A stretch of DNA of 64,000 bases from Macrostomum hystrix (Eukaryota > Animalia > Platyhelminthes), in NCBI GenBank assembly GCA_950097015.1, contig CATNEN010000003.1:4774001-4838000 (forward strand), read 5' to 3'. Below, piece by piece: positions 35,255-48,801 of the stretch. The position numbers and the translations under genes were made by a program. Under the pieces are notes generated by a model. The model was not told the DNA's origin and made no database searches. It saw nothing but the letters and a program-made list of their open reading frames with translations. Each line of letters opens with the position of its first letter. The first letter of the stretch is position 1.

Positions 35255-35412
35255 GCATGGAAATATTCGAATTGCCTTTCCGTGTTTGTTTGCTTGTTGT
35301 CGTACCGATGCCAATCAAAAGACCTAGAGTCTGTGTCAATCAGTGTCAATCATGTGTTGGCTCCGCAATTCTCGCTGACAGGTGCAGGGAAGAGGAAATT
35401 TGCGCAATTTCA

Positions 35413-37506
35413 ATGCGTTCGACAACTACTACAATGCTTGAGCTGCTGCTTCTGCAACTGCTCGCAAGCCTCGGCTCCAGCAGCCAGCCTCTGGGCTCCA
35501 ACAGTCGTCTGTGCAAGACTATCACCATCACGAACGGAGGGTATGCGAAACACCGGAGCATCAGCCGACTGCACGCAGAACTCAGCGCCAAGGTGGCCGG
35601 ATGCCAGTATGTGTACGGCGATCTCGAAATCTTGGACCTCGGCGCTCATGACTTAAGACTTCAGGTGCCTTTTGACGACGCTATCCGTGAACTTGAGACA
35701 GACTTTCTCGACTCCATCGTTGAGATAAGCGGGCGGTTATTCATTAAACATGTCAACTTGACGCGAATCACCTTGCGCAACCTGCGAACCATACGCGGCT
35801 ACAATCACAAGAATGTGAGTCCATTCTACTCAATGCAAGTCTGGCAGATGAAATACCCCACCCAACTGGAGCTGCCCAAGCTGAGCGCCATCCTGCAAGG
35901 CAGTGTCAACATGACTGGCGAAGTGCATGCGGACCTGTACTGCCATTTGACTCGCAGCGTGAACTGGACGAGTCTGTTTCAAAACCCAGCGCTGCAAAAA
36001 TTCATCGATGATGCCTCCAAATACCGGAGTGCCTGCAATTCAGTACTGAATTGCAGCAGCAGCTGCAACACTGAATTGTCTGGTCGACAGCTCTGCTGGT
36101 CAAACGGGGAAGACGGCTGCCAGAGCTTCAACGGATGTCTCGAGCGACCGTGCCGAAATTGCTACCGACATCCCCAAACAGGCACCGAGGAGTGTTGCAA
36201 CACTGACTGTCTCGGCGGCTGCTCCCACCGACCTGATGGCTGTTTCACGTGCCGCGATGTCATTCAGGATGGGGTTTGCAAGGACACGTGTTCACTCAAG
36301 TCGGACCCGAACCCCGGCACGAACAGGGTCGACAGTTTCAGCTCCAGCATGAAGCGGGTGGGCCACATCTGCGTGAACAAGTGCGAGATGCCGTTTCTCA
36401 CGAGCTCCAACGAAGAGCACTGCTTGAGCGAGTGTCCTCAGACTGAGTATCCGTACCAAGGGGTCTGCAAAAAATGCACCCAGTCGCCTTGCAAGTCCTG
36501 CACAATCACCAAGCTAATCATGACTGACAATGAGGCCAAGCAGCTCAAGGACGAAAAGTGCACGACCTGGACGATCCAGATCCTGAACAATAGCCGAACA
36601 CAAGTCCATTCCGAACCGAACACCGTGCAAATCCGCAACCCCGATATGAGCAAAGCCGGTATGATGGCACTGGAATCACTAGAAATAATTTATGGTAACT
36701 TTGTTGTCGAGAAAAACCCACTCAACGTGCAAAATCTTGGATTTCTAAAGAACATAAAGTTTGTGTTACACGAATTTAGAATTTGGAACTTTAAGGCAAC
36801 CTACCTTGGTCTCGCCAAGCTAAGATACGCAAAGAAACTCTCGATTTGGCAGGTGAGCGGTCTGTGCAAGGCTTGGTTCCCGAGCAACAGAATTCATGAA
36901 ATCACGAAGGAGTTTGAAATATTGTACTCACAAATCAGCTTCGACAACTCAAGCGAAGTGTGCCGAAATGCTGCCTGCGACCCTCAGTGCAGAGACGAGT
37001 GCTGGGGACCCGGACCGGACATGTGCGTGGCCTGCAGGAGCTTCGAGGTGGACGGTGTCTGTTATGCCACGTGCAAGCATGCAGGCCGATATCAGCTAGG
37101 CACTTTGTGTCTGCCGTGCCACAGTGAGTGCGATGGCGGCTGCAGCGGTCCGAGCGCTTCGGAGTGCAAGCGATGCCGAAACCTGAAGGAGGACGGCAAG
37201 TGCGTGCCCTGCAGGACCTTCGAGGTGGACGGTGTCTGTAATGGCACGTGCCACCGTGAGTGCGACGGCGGCTGCAGCGGTCCGAGCGCTTCCGAGTGCA
37301 AGGGATGCCGAAACCTGATCGAGGACGACAAGTGCGTGGCCTCCTGCAGCCGAGATAGGTACCCAAGCATAACGGGCATCTGCTACTTTGTGGCGCCAGA
37401 GAGGCTCTTTGCAGTCGCCATCGGCGTCGGCATGGGCGTCGGCCTGCTAAGTCTGCTGCTGCTGGTGCTGCTCGCCTACATGCACTACCGCAACCACCAC
37501 GTTTAG
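35413..37506 (+). CDS. Kinase-less EGFR/ErbB-like receptor 2 (with an extra Cys-rich module)
   Basis: Paralog of 12386-14308. Divergent L2 domain. Duplicated CRTFEVDGVCNGTCHRECDGGCSGPSASEC module. TM AVAIGVGMGVGLLSLLLLVLLAY, then MHYRNHHV*. Confidence 0.85.
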   Translation: MRSTTTTMLELLLLQLLASLGSSSQPLGSNSRLCKTITITNGGYAKHRSISRLHAELSAKVAGCQYVYGDLEILDLGAHDLRLQVPFDDAIRELETDFLDSIVEISGRLFIKHVNLTRITLRNLRTIRGYNHKNVSPFYSMQVWQMKYPTQLELPKLSAILQGSVNMTGEVHADLYCHLTRSVNWTSLFQNPALQKFIDDASKYRSACNSVLNCSSSCNTELSGRQLCWSNGEDGCQSFNGCLERPCRNCYRHPQTGTEECCNTDCLGGCSHRPDGCFTCRDVIQDGVCKDTCSLKSDPNPGTNRVDSFSSSMKRVGHICVNKCEMPFLTSSNEEHCLSECPQTEYPYQGVCKKCTQSPCKSCTITKLIMTDNEAKQLKDEKCTTWTIQILNNSRTQVHSEPNTVQIRNPDMSKAGMMALESLEIIYGNFVVEKNPLNVQNLGFLKNIKFVLHEFRIWNFKATYLGLAKLRYAKKLSIWQVSGLCKAWFPSNRIHEITKEFEILYSQISFDNSSEVCRNAACDPQCRDECWGPGPDMCVACRSFEVDGVCYATCKHAGRYQLGTLCLPCHSECDGGCSGPSASECKRCRNLKEDGKCVPCRTFEVDGVCNGTCHRECDGGCSGPSASECKGCRNLIEDDKCVASCSRDRYPSITGICYFVAPERLFAVAIGVGMGVGLLSLLLLVLLAYMHYRNHHV

Positions 37507-37914
37507 TTGAACTTTAACACCTACGCGATACATCAAACCCTACGAGTATCGAGAAAATCAAGAGTAGGAAAATATGCAGCACAACTTAAAGTGTTTATGA
37601 CTGGAAGTGCGTTTTCTGTTTTCTATTTAGGATAATCTGAAAAAAGGAAATGTTTGTTGCTCTGGCAGATCAGTTTTCTCTTCTGCCAGAAGAGAGTTTC
37701 TCCAGTTTTTCTGGCAGTTTCTCCAGCCAGAGCTCAATGGCTTAACGTTGCAATTCATTAACTAACAATTGTCTAATTATATGGCCTCAAAAAATATTTC
37801 ATAAACTGTTGCTAAACTCCGACTCTCAGCCCGATAATAAAAAAGCTTATTGTAAAGATCGGTTATATCTTATCCATAAGTTTATCTACGAGTATAAACT
37901 TTTAGTAAGATTAG

Positions 37915-38360
37915 ACACGTTAGAGATGAGACACGGGTGAGATGAGATGCGGGAGAGATGAGGCACGATCGAGAGATGAGACACGATCGAGAGATGAGAC
38001 ACGAGAGAGATGAGACACGGGAGAGATGAGACACGAGAGAGATAAGACACGGGAGAGATGAGATGCGGGAGAGAGGAGACACGGGAGAGATGAGACACGG
38101 GAGAGATGAGACACGAGAGAGATGAGACACGGGAGAGATGAGACACGGGAGAGATGAGACACGGGAGAGATGAGACACGAGAGAGATGAGACACGGGAGA
38201 GATGAGACACGAGAGAGATGAGACACGGGAGAGATGAGACACGAGAGAGATGAGACACGGGAGAGATGAGATGCGGGAGAGATGAGACACGGGAGAGATG
38301 AGACACGGGAGAGATGAGACACGAGAGAGATGAGACACGGGAGAGATGAGACACGGGAGA
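37915..38360. repeat. 17-bp satellite (GAGAGATGAGACACGGG-type)
   Basis: Tandem copies. The long VSSLPCLISP ORFs are artefacts of this repeat. Confidence 0.95.
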
Positions 38361-38809
38361 ATGCTTCCAACACTTCCAGTGGGTGAGTTCCCAGTGTTGG
38401 AAGCATTGCTTAAAATGCAAGAATTTTAAGCCTTGTGGTTGTTTATCATTTTTTGGCGAAAAATATTCTTGTCTTTCTTTCACAATACTTATGACTTCAC
38501 TCTCAGGTTTCCCATTATTTCAGCGACTATATCTTCACCGCTGTGTTGTTAAAAATTTATGAAAAGTGGCTGCATAGAGCGGCGGTGGGAAAGATAAGAA
38601 GTTGCCGATGAAAGTACTTTTATTAGAGTCACTACCTATCCAAGTCTTCAAGTTTCTATTGTAAGTCTAGCCTACATTTTCCGAATAGGCTTCTATAGAT
38701 TTTTCTTCCTAAAATTAATGCATATAACATTAGTCAGACGATAATATAGATAATTTTCTCACCGCTGTGCCCTTGCGGACTTATTGCAAGGTAGAATCAC
38801 TTTGGTCAT

Positions 38810-40070
38810 GAGCTTACTCATGAAATCATTCATGAACTTAAATTAATACTCACCTATGAACTCACTTACAATCTCACTCATGAACTCACTTGTGAACTCA
38901 CCCATGAACCCACTCATGAACTCACCCATGAACTCACTCGTGAACTCACCCATGAACTCACCCATGAACTCACTCGTGAACTCACCCATAAACTCACCCA
39001 TGAACTCACTCATGAACTCACTCGTGAACTCACTCGTGAACTCACTCGTGAACTCACTCGTGAACTCACCCATGAATTCACCCATGAACTCACTCGTGAA
39101 CTCACTCGTGAACTCACTCGTGAACTCACTCGTGAACTCACTCGTGAACTCACTCATGAACTTATGAACACTCATGAACTCACTCATGAACTTATGAACA
39201 CTCATGAACTCACTCATGAACTCACTCGTGAACTTATGAACACTCATGAACTCACTCGTGAACTTATGAACACTCATGAACTCACTCATGAACTCACTCG
39301 TGAACTCACTCATGAACTTATGAACACTCATGAACTCACTCATGAACTCACTCATGAACTCACTCATGAACTTATGAACACTCATGAACTCACTCATGAA
39401 CTCATTCATGAACTCACTCATGAACTTATGAACACTCATGAACTCACTCGTGAACTCACTCGTGAACTCACTCGTGAACTCACTCGTGAACTCACTCATG
39501 AACTTATGAACACTCATGAACTCACTCATGAACTTATGAACACTCATGAACTCACTCGTGAACTCACTCGTGAACTCACTCGTGAACTCACTCGTGAACT
39601 CACCCATGAATTCACCCATGAACTCACTCGTGAACTCACTCGTGAACTCACTCGTGAACTCACTCATGAACTTATGAACACTCATGAACTCACTCATGAA
39701 CTTATGAACACTCATGAACTCACTCATGAACTCACTCGTGAACTTATGAACACTCATGAACTCACTCGTGAACTTATGAACACTCATGAACTCACTCATG
39801 AACTCACTCGTGAACTCACTCATGAACTTATGAACACTCATGAACTCACTCATGAACTCACTCATGAACTCACTCATGAACTTATGAACACTCATGAACT
39901 CACTCATGAACTCATTCATGAACTCACTCATGAACTTATGAACACTCATGAACTCACTCGTGAACTCACTCGTGAACTCACTCGTGAACTCACCCATGAA
40001 CTCACCCATGAACTCACTTATGAACTCACTAATTAACTCAGTCAAATGCTCACTCATGAACTCACCCCTG
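38810..40070. repeat. 12-bp satellite (RTGAACTCACTC)n with higher-order duplication
   Basis: About 100 units. The SEFM and THEL ORFs are artefacts. Confidence 0.95.
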
Positions 40071-40564
40071 AAGTCATCTATAAGCCAAAAATCCGCACGA
40101 ACTCAGGTCCTCAATTGAATTGTTTTGAGTTCAGCAAATATTATACAAACCTAAAAAACAGATCGCATTTATTATTTTACCACAATAGCTTGCGAGAATC
40201 TAAATTAAGCAGGAAATAATATTTTAGTTAGTTGAAAAGACGTTATTAAAAACTTAATTAGTGATCTGCAAGCTAGAATTATAAGTCAGAAAAAAAAATT
40301 TTAATTTACGAATTCTATCTTCATCAGCAAGTCATTGGTAAAATAGATTCTTTATTTACGAAAGCTGAATGAAAACAAAAACTCATTTTTTATGGTTACT
40401 TTACAGCTAATATCACTTTTAAAAACAATTAAAAAAACGAACAATAAAAACTTATTAAAAAACTGTTCACGGACCTATAGAAAAAGAGCAAATAGAAAAT
40501 CACATACTTTAATTTAAGAAAATATTTCTGTGTTTATATAGTTAAGTCTCAGCTTTAAACAATC

Positions 40565-43022
40565 TCAATTAGCCGTCAAAGATCGCACGTAGTTGCCGTA
40601 GGTCGGATGACTGTGCTGACAAACTGGCAAATTGCGAGTCGTCTCACCGTAGGTGTGACCGAAGTTGAACCTTCGCCTAGGCACGTACCCAGTGTACGCC
40701 GGCTTCATGCCCTCCAGTTTGTAGACCCGGTTGCCGTCAGCCGGGACAGGTTCCCGACCGCAGGCGGATCTGGCTGTAGCTGCCTTGGCGCTGCCAGCCT
40801 GCGTCTCCAGGTTGAACATCTCGAGGCCGTTGCGCGTCATCTCGTGATAGCGACAGCCCAAGCCAGCTTGGGTGGTGTACACTCGAGGCACATAACCCTA
40901 AAACCAGACGCAAACAACTCGACTCGCTAATGGATTAAATTTACACACTGTACTGTAGAAAAACGTGACGTCTAGCGTGACTAATGCCAACTAATAAACT
41001 GATGATTGGTAGTGACATGGCGTGGGAGATAAAATAAGGAAGAGATGACACGCGAGGTAAGAAAATGGAGATATAAGACAAGGGATAGATGAGACAGGGG
41101 ATAGATGAGACAGGGGATAGATGAGACACGAGAGAGATATGAGACACGGAAGATATGAGAAACGGGAGAGATGAGACACGGGAGAGATGAGACACGAGAG
41201 AGATATGAGACACGGAAGATATGAGAAACGGGAGATATGAGAAACGGGAGAGATGAGACACGGGAGAGATGAGAAACGGAGAGATGAGACACGGGAGAGA
41301 TGAGACACGGGAGAGATGAGACACGAGAGAGATGAGACACGAGAGAGATGACACACGGGAGAGATGAGACACGGGAGTGATGAGACACGGGGAGATATGA
41401 GATACGGGAGAGATGAGACACGGGAGAGATGAGACACGAGAGAGATATGAGACACGGAAGATATGAGACACGGGAGATATGAGACACGGGAGAGATGAGA
41501 CACGGGAGATATGAGAAACGGGAGATATGAGACACGGGAGAGATGAGACACGGGAGAGATGAGACACGAGAGAGATATGAGACACGGGAGAGATGAGATA
41601 CGGGAGATATGAGACACGGGAGAGATGAGACACGGGAGATATGAGAAACGGGAGAGATGAGACACGGGAGAGATGAGACACGATCGAGAGATGAGACACG
41701 ATCGAGAGATGAGACACGATCGAGAGATGAGACACGAGAGAGATGAGACACGAGAGAGATGACACACGGGAGAGATGAGACACGGGAGAGATGAAACACG
41801 GGAGTGATGAGACACGGGGAGATATTAGATACGGGAGAGATGAGACACGGGGAGATATGAGACACGGGAGAGATGAGACACGGGAGAGATGAGACACGGG
41901 AGAGATGAGACACGGGAGAGATGAGACACGGGAGAGATGAGACACGATCGACAGATGAGACACGAGAGAGATGAGACACGAGAGAGATGAGACACGGGAG
42001 AGATGAGAAACGGAGAGATGAGACACGGGAGAGATGAGACACGGGAGAGATGAGACACGGGAGAGATGAGACACGAGAGAGATGAGACACGAGAGAGATG
42101 AGACACGGGAGAGATGAGACACGGGAGAGATGAGACACGGGAGAGATGAGACACGGGAGAGATGAGACACGGGAGAGATGAGACACGGGAGTGATGAGAC
42201 ACGGGAGTGATGAGACACGGGAGAGATGAGACACGGGAGAGATAAGACACGGGAGAGATGAGACACGGGAGAGATGAGACACGGAAGTGATGAGACACGG
42301 GAGAGATGAGACACGGGAGAGATAAGACATTAGAGAGATGAAACGGGGGAGTTCGGTCGTAACTCCTAGTTGACATCAAAATCCTCTGTTTATCCTGAAT
42401 TTACCACCTGTTTCTTATCGGAAAAGGCAAGAAACGAAAGATGTTTTACCTGGTAGCCAGGAATCGGTGGCTCCAGATTCTGCCTCTTGCCATCGGCTCT
42501 CGGCTTCCTGTCCGACCAGAAGTTCAGATGGTCTCGCACGGCCGGATCACCGCGCATCGAAGTCAGCTGCGGGAAGGCGGTGGCTGCCCGGACCAGATCT
42601 GCCGCCTTCTCGTCGCGGTGCTCGTAGTTGCGAACAAATTCGTCAACAGATTCGTCGCAAAGATTCCTGTAGGTGCTACCGAAGCGGTTAATTAGGGTCG
42701 GCACGTAGCCAGTGTATCCCGGCAGCATGCCCTCCATGTACTTGTTGTCGCCGGAAGATTTCGGTAGCCGCAGTCCCTGGGCTAGGGCTACGCCGTTTTG
42801 GCTGCCACCGGGGGAGTCTAACGTGGCTCCAATGTCAATCATTTTCTTGTGAGGAAACGACTTGGCCAAATCCGCCGTCTGCTCGCCGTAGGTCTTGCCG
42901 GAGTGAAATTTGAGCTGAGGATTGTACCCAGCGTAGCCGGGAATGTGCGAGCCAGGTCTCAGGTTGATGAAGGCCCTGCGCTGTTCCAGTGTTGGGCCAC
43001 CGCCGTACTGCACAGTTGTCAT
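40565..43022 (-). CDS. FAM166B: FAM166/CIMIP2-family ciliary microtubule inner protein; exons 43022-42450 and 40897-40565 (~301 aa)
   Basis: Repeated PGY-G-P motifs (HIPGYAGYNP, MLPGYTGYVP, PIPGYQ|GYVP, PAYTGYVP) followed by G.TYG. Phase-0 GT/AG intron 42449-40898. Confidence 0.85.
41040..42345. repeat. 17-bp satellite filling the FAM166 intron
   Basis: Same unit as 37915. Confidence 0.95.
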
Positions 43023-44237
43023 TTTACAAGCCGGATTTGTACTCTCCTATTGGGAAAATGTGCCCCAATTTTTCAAATGTAGTTGGCTTGAGCAGGCCTT
43101 GGTTTGAGTTCTACCGCAGTTGTTGATTGCGAGACAGCTCGTTTTATTTCACAAACTTTGAATCGCCGCCTATAGCGGCCGGGACCAAACCGACGTCCTG
43201 TTGCTAGGGGCGACGGGACAGGTGGGCTTTTTTCTCTCTTACTCTCCGACTGCCAGTAAGACCCGCTCCATAGGCCGCAATGTCTAACTATCTTATTCTT
43301 TCTGTCTCTCTATCGCAAACCACACACTTTACTACATCTTTTGCTGTCTAGAATTTTTTTAAGAAACTTAGACAACTACAGTTGGAGACTATTGAGCAGT
43401 CATTTGAGTAAACCCTTACCCTGAAAAATACTGCTCAAATTAGGCTACTGCAGGTTGTCGTTGTTGTTGTTGTAATGAAACGGTCTATGCTGCACCGAGA
43501 AAAAATTGAAGACCATTTTCTGGCCAAGAAATAGCTTGGAATGAAATAGAAGTGTTTAGATCGGGCCCAGTCATGGCGCGAGGCTGCATTCTCAGCGTCT
43601 AATTGTTTGCCTACTTGCCACCCCATTACCTGCTGCTTCGCCTCTACAGTATTTTGCAGGTGCGCATTATACCGTTGCTTTCAGTTGTAGATTTATGAGA
43701 TGCCCTGCGCCAAGTGGCATGCAGGTAAAACTATTTTATTAATCTTCTACCTCAGCCACAAACTCACTGCTTTGTGGTACTATACATGATTTTGCAATAA
43801 TCAGACCCCTCCGAATAGTATTCAATTGACATCAGATATTTCAGTGTTTACCTAAAACTACCAAAAACTTACCTATTATACATATATGATAATATCTCTC
43901 GTGTTTCTCAATCGACACTGCAGATCAAGCCATTTAAACTCGATATACCAAAATCTGAAGAAAAAGTTCATTTAGCAACAAAACGGTTCATTTTAAATTG
44001 TGATTTTCCGTCTGTGTTCATTAAAAAATATAAATTATTCATACTTATCGTCAGATTAAGCATCAGCTCTAACAATTTTCAGCACTACTTTAGTGTAGGA
44101 TAGTATAAGCTACTGCAAGTAGTTTTTACAAAAATCACTAACAAAGTAGTTAAAAAATTTACATTTTCTATTTACGTTCGATAGTTTTCTCACGTAATTC
44201 AAACTATTTGAGAGAAGCGGTTTCTCTCCCGTGTCAT

Positions 44238-47200
44238 ACGGGATGAGATACGGGAGAGATGAGATACGGGAGAGATGAGATACGGGAGAGATGAGATACG
44301 GGAGAGATGAGATACGGGAGAGATGAGATACGGGAGAGATGAGATACGGGAGAGATGACACGAGATGAGATGAGATACGGGAGAGATGATACACGGGAGA
44401 GATGAGATACGGGAGAGATGATACACGGGAGAGATGAGACACGGGAGAGATGAGACACGGGAGAGATGAGATACGGGAGAGATGATACACGGGAGAGATG
44501 AGATACGGGAGAGATGAGATACGGGAGAGATGACACGAGATGAGATGAGATACAGGAGAGATGATACACGGGAGAGATGAGATACGGGAGAGATGATACA
44601 CGGGAGGGATGATACACGGGAGAGATGAGATACGGGAGAGATGATACACGGGAGAGATGATACACGGGAGAGATGAGATACGGGAGAGATGATACACGGG
44701 AGAGATGATACACGGGAGAGATGATACACGGGAGAGATGAGATACGGGAGAGATGATACACGGGAGAGATGATACACGGGAGAGATGATACACGGGAGAG
44801 ATGATACACGGGAGAGATGATACACGGGAGAGATGATACACGGGAGAGATGAGATACGGGAGAGATGATACACGGGAGAGATGATACACGGGAGAGATGA
44901 GATACGGGAGAGATGATACACGGGAGAGATGATACACGGGAGAGATGAGATACGGGAGAGATGATACACGGGAGAGATGATACACGGGAGAGATGATACA
45001 CGGGAGAGATGAGATACGGGAGAGATGAGATACGGGAGAGATGATACACGGGAGAGATGAGACACGGGAGAGATGAGACACGGGAGAGATGAGATACGGG
45101 AGAGATGATACACGGGAGAGATGAGATGCGGGAGAGATGATACACGGGAGGGATGATACACGGGAGAGATGAGATACGGGAGAGATGATACACGGGAGAG
45201 ATGATACACGGGAGAGATGAGATACGGGAGAGATGATACACGGGAGAGATGATACACGGGAGAGATGATACACGGGAGAGATGAGATACGGGAGAGATGA
45301 TACACGGGAGAGATGATACACGGGAGAGATGATACACGGGAGAGATGATACACGGGAGAGATGATACACGGGAGAGATGAGATACGGGAGAGATGATACA
45401 CGGGAGAGATGATACACGGGAGAGATGAGATACGGGAGAGATGATACACGGGAGAGATGATACACGGGAGAGATGAGATACGGGAGAGATGATACACGGG
45501 AGAGATGATACACGGGAGAGATGATACACGGGAGAGATGAGATACGGGAGAGATGATACACGGGAGAGATGATACACGGGAGAGATGATACACGGGAGAG
45601 ATGAGATACGGGAGAGATGATACACGGGAGGGATGATACACGGGAGAGATGAGATACGGGAGAGATGATACACGGGAGAGATGATACACGGGAGAGATGA
45701 TACACGGGAGAGATGAGATACGGGAGAGATGATACACGGGAGAGATGATACACGGGAGAGATGAGATACGGGAGAGATGATACACGGGAGAGATGATACA
45801 CGGGAGAGATGATACACGGGAGAGATGAGATACGGGAGAGATGATACACGGGAGAGATGATACACGGGAGAGATGATACACGGGAGAGATGAGATGCGGG
45901 AGAGATGATACACGGGAGAGATGATACACGGGAGAGATGATACACGGGAGAGATGATACACGGGAGAGATGATACACGGGAGAGATGAGATACGGGAGAG
46001 ATGATACACGGGAGAGATGATACACGGGAGAGATGAGACACGGGAGAGATGAGATACGGGAGAGATGAGATACGGGAGAGATGAGATACGGAAGAGATGA
46101 GACACGGGAGAGATGAGATACGGGAGAGATGAGATACGGGAGAGATGAGACACGGGAGAGATGAGACACGGGAGAGATGAGATACGGGAGAGATGAGATA
46201 CGGGAGAGATGAGACACGGGAGAGATGAGACATGGGATAGATGAGACACGGGAGAGATGAGATACGGGAGAGATGAGATACGGGAGAGATGAGACACGGG
46301 AGAGATGAGATACGGGAGAGATGAGACACGGGAGAGATGAGACACGGGAGAGATGAGATACGGGAGAGATGAGATACGGGAGAGATGAGACACGGGAGAG
46401 ATGAGATACGGGAGAGATGAGACACGGGAGAGATGAGACACGGGAGAGATGAGATACGGGAGAGATGAGATACGGGAGAGATGAGACACGGGAGAGATGA
46501 GACATGGGATAGATGAGACACGGGAGAGATGAGATACGGGAGAGATGAGATACGGGAGAGATGAGACATGGGATAGATGAGACACGGGAGAGATGAGATA
46601 CGGGAGAGATGAGATACGGGAGAGATGAGATACGGGAGAGATGAGACACGGGAGAGATGAGACATGGGATAGATGAGACACGGGAGAGATGAGATACGGG
46701 AGAGATGAGATACGGGAGAGATGAGACACGGGAGAGATGAGATACGGAAGAGATGAGACACGGGAGAGATGAGATACGGGAGAGATGAGACACGGGAGAG
46801 ATGAGACACGGGAGAGATAAGGCAAGGGTGAGATAAGACACTGGAGAGAGATGAGACACGGAAGATATGAGATACGGGAGATATAAGACACTGGAGAGTT
46901 GAGACACGGGAGAGATGGGATACGGGAGAGATGAGACATGGGATAGATGAGACACGGGAGAGATGAGATACGGGAGAGATGAGATACGGGAGAGATGAGA
47001 CACGGGAGAGATGAGATACGGGAGAGATGAGACACTGGAGAGATGAGATACGGGAGAGATGAGACACGGGAGAGATGAGACACGGGAGAGATAAGGCAAG
47101 GGTGAGATAAGACACTGGAGAGAGATGAGACACGGAAGATATGAGATACGGGAGATATGAGATACGGAGATATAAGACACTGGAGAGATGAGATACGGGA

Positions 47201-47670
47201 GAGATGTGATACGGGAGAGATGAGACACGGGAGAGATGAGATACGGGAGAGATAAGGCAAGGGTGAGTTGAGATACGGGAGAGATGAGATACAGGAGAGA
47301 TGAGACACGGGAGAGATGAGACACGGGAGAGATGAGACACGGGAGAGATGAGACTCGGGAGAGATGAGACACGGGAGAGATGAGATACAGGAGAGATGAG
47401 ATACGGGAGAGATGAGACACGGGAGAGATGAGATACGGGAGAGATAAGGCAAGGGTGAGTTGAGACACGGGAGAGATGAGATACAGGAGAGATGAGATAC
47501 GGGAGAGATGAGACATGGGAGAGATGAGATACGGGAGAGATAAGGCAAGGGTGAGATAAGGCAAGGGGGAGATAAGAAACTGGACAGACAAGACACTGGG
47601 GAGATAAGACACTGGAGAGATAAGGCAAGGGTGAGATAAGAAACTGGACAGATAAGACACTGGGGAGATT
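44238..47670. repeat. 17-bp satellite, ~3.4 kb
   Basis: GGGAGAGATGAKAYAC variants. The >1100-aa ORFs in three frames are repeat artefacts. Confidence 0.95.
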
Positions 47671-48801
47671 AGAGGTTGGTAACATAATCAAAGTGGCAAC
47701 AAATATAGATGACTTCTGACTCAGTACACGTACGTACGTACTATATTGCTCAGCTTCTAACAAAAACTTTTTTCATCAATGCCCACATGAATAGATTATA
47801 AACCACTCATTTCTTACAGAAAATTATTCTAAGAAAAGTCTCGCACTTAAATTAAAAAAAATACCATAGTGTCCACAAGTAGTACGAGCGTACTTTGAGT
47901 AATTATTCTTTAATCATGCGCTCAAAATTGTTTCCTTACGAAGCAAAATGAAACAAAACTTAGTTAAATATCTAGTTGATGACGGCTGACAGCAACAATT
48001 TGCACCTTTTGTAAAAATTCGTATATTTAATCAAGATTAGTCAAGCAGAACGAACTAAAAATACAGGCACTGATCACGTGTAGGAAACATAATCAATAGT
48101 TTTAATTGCCAATCATTGCCATTTCATAAGGAGACATGTGAAAAAATATAGGACACTATAGTATAGTTTAATTAGTTTGCGTGTCAAAACAATTGCCAAA
48201 CATTATACACATGAGCGACCATCGCTAGTTAGATTACATGACAAAAATGTAGTCAAAATTTGCATACGCACTGCAGTCATGCGTGAAAAATGTAATGCAA
48301 CCATTTTTGTTGGTTTCTAAACTTGAATGCTTGCAAAGTTTGTCGATGATTTTATTATTCTAGTTGGCTTGCCGTTGGTACTAACAACTAATGGCGTTTT
48401 TCTCTGGGCGTCAGGGGTTCGACTCCTGCTTCGCACCGCGTGACGCTTCGCGACTGAAAAGTTTCGAGATTTTCTAACTGTGCTCAAATATTAAAAATCG
48501 ATTTGGGCCTGGTATACAGTCACAGACCTACTCAATGATTGCTAATACCGAAATTATGCCTATTTTGGTGGTTTTTACAACCAGACACCCCGACGGGAAT
48601 TGTTGAATATCTCGACGATGCCGATGTTTTGTGATGTTGGAAGTTGTTTCATCGGATAGAGCGGAACATTTTAGCTCATGTTCTGCATTTTCACGACGAT
48701 TGGTTGAACATTTCAGAAGTTATAGAAAAAATAAATCTCTGGGTATTTATCCGTGTGGTCTTTCTACTAAGGTGCGAACTACTGACCTATTGACCAGCAG
48801 T

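Larger units (their letters stand above)
17325..40222 (+). repeat. Segmental duplication copy 2, expanded by TE insertions and satellites
   Basis: Same anchors and order as 5305-14956. Confidence 0.85.

Noticed and set aside
44110-47763. ORFs of more than 1100 aa (also 40941-42379, 37882-38483, 38843-40057, 61975-62803)
   Set aside because: They are translations of 17-bp or 12-bp satellites that are open in several frames, with no protein-like complexity.
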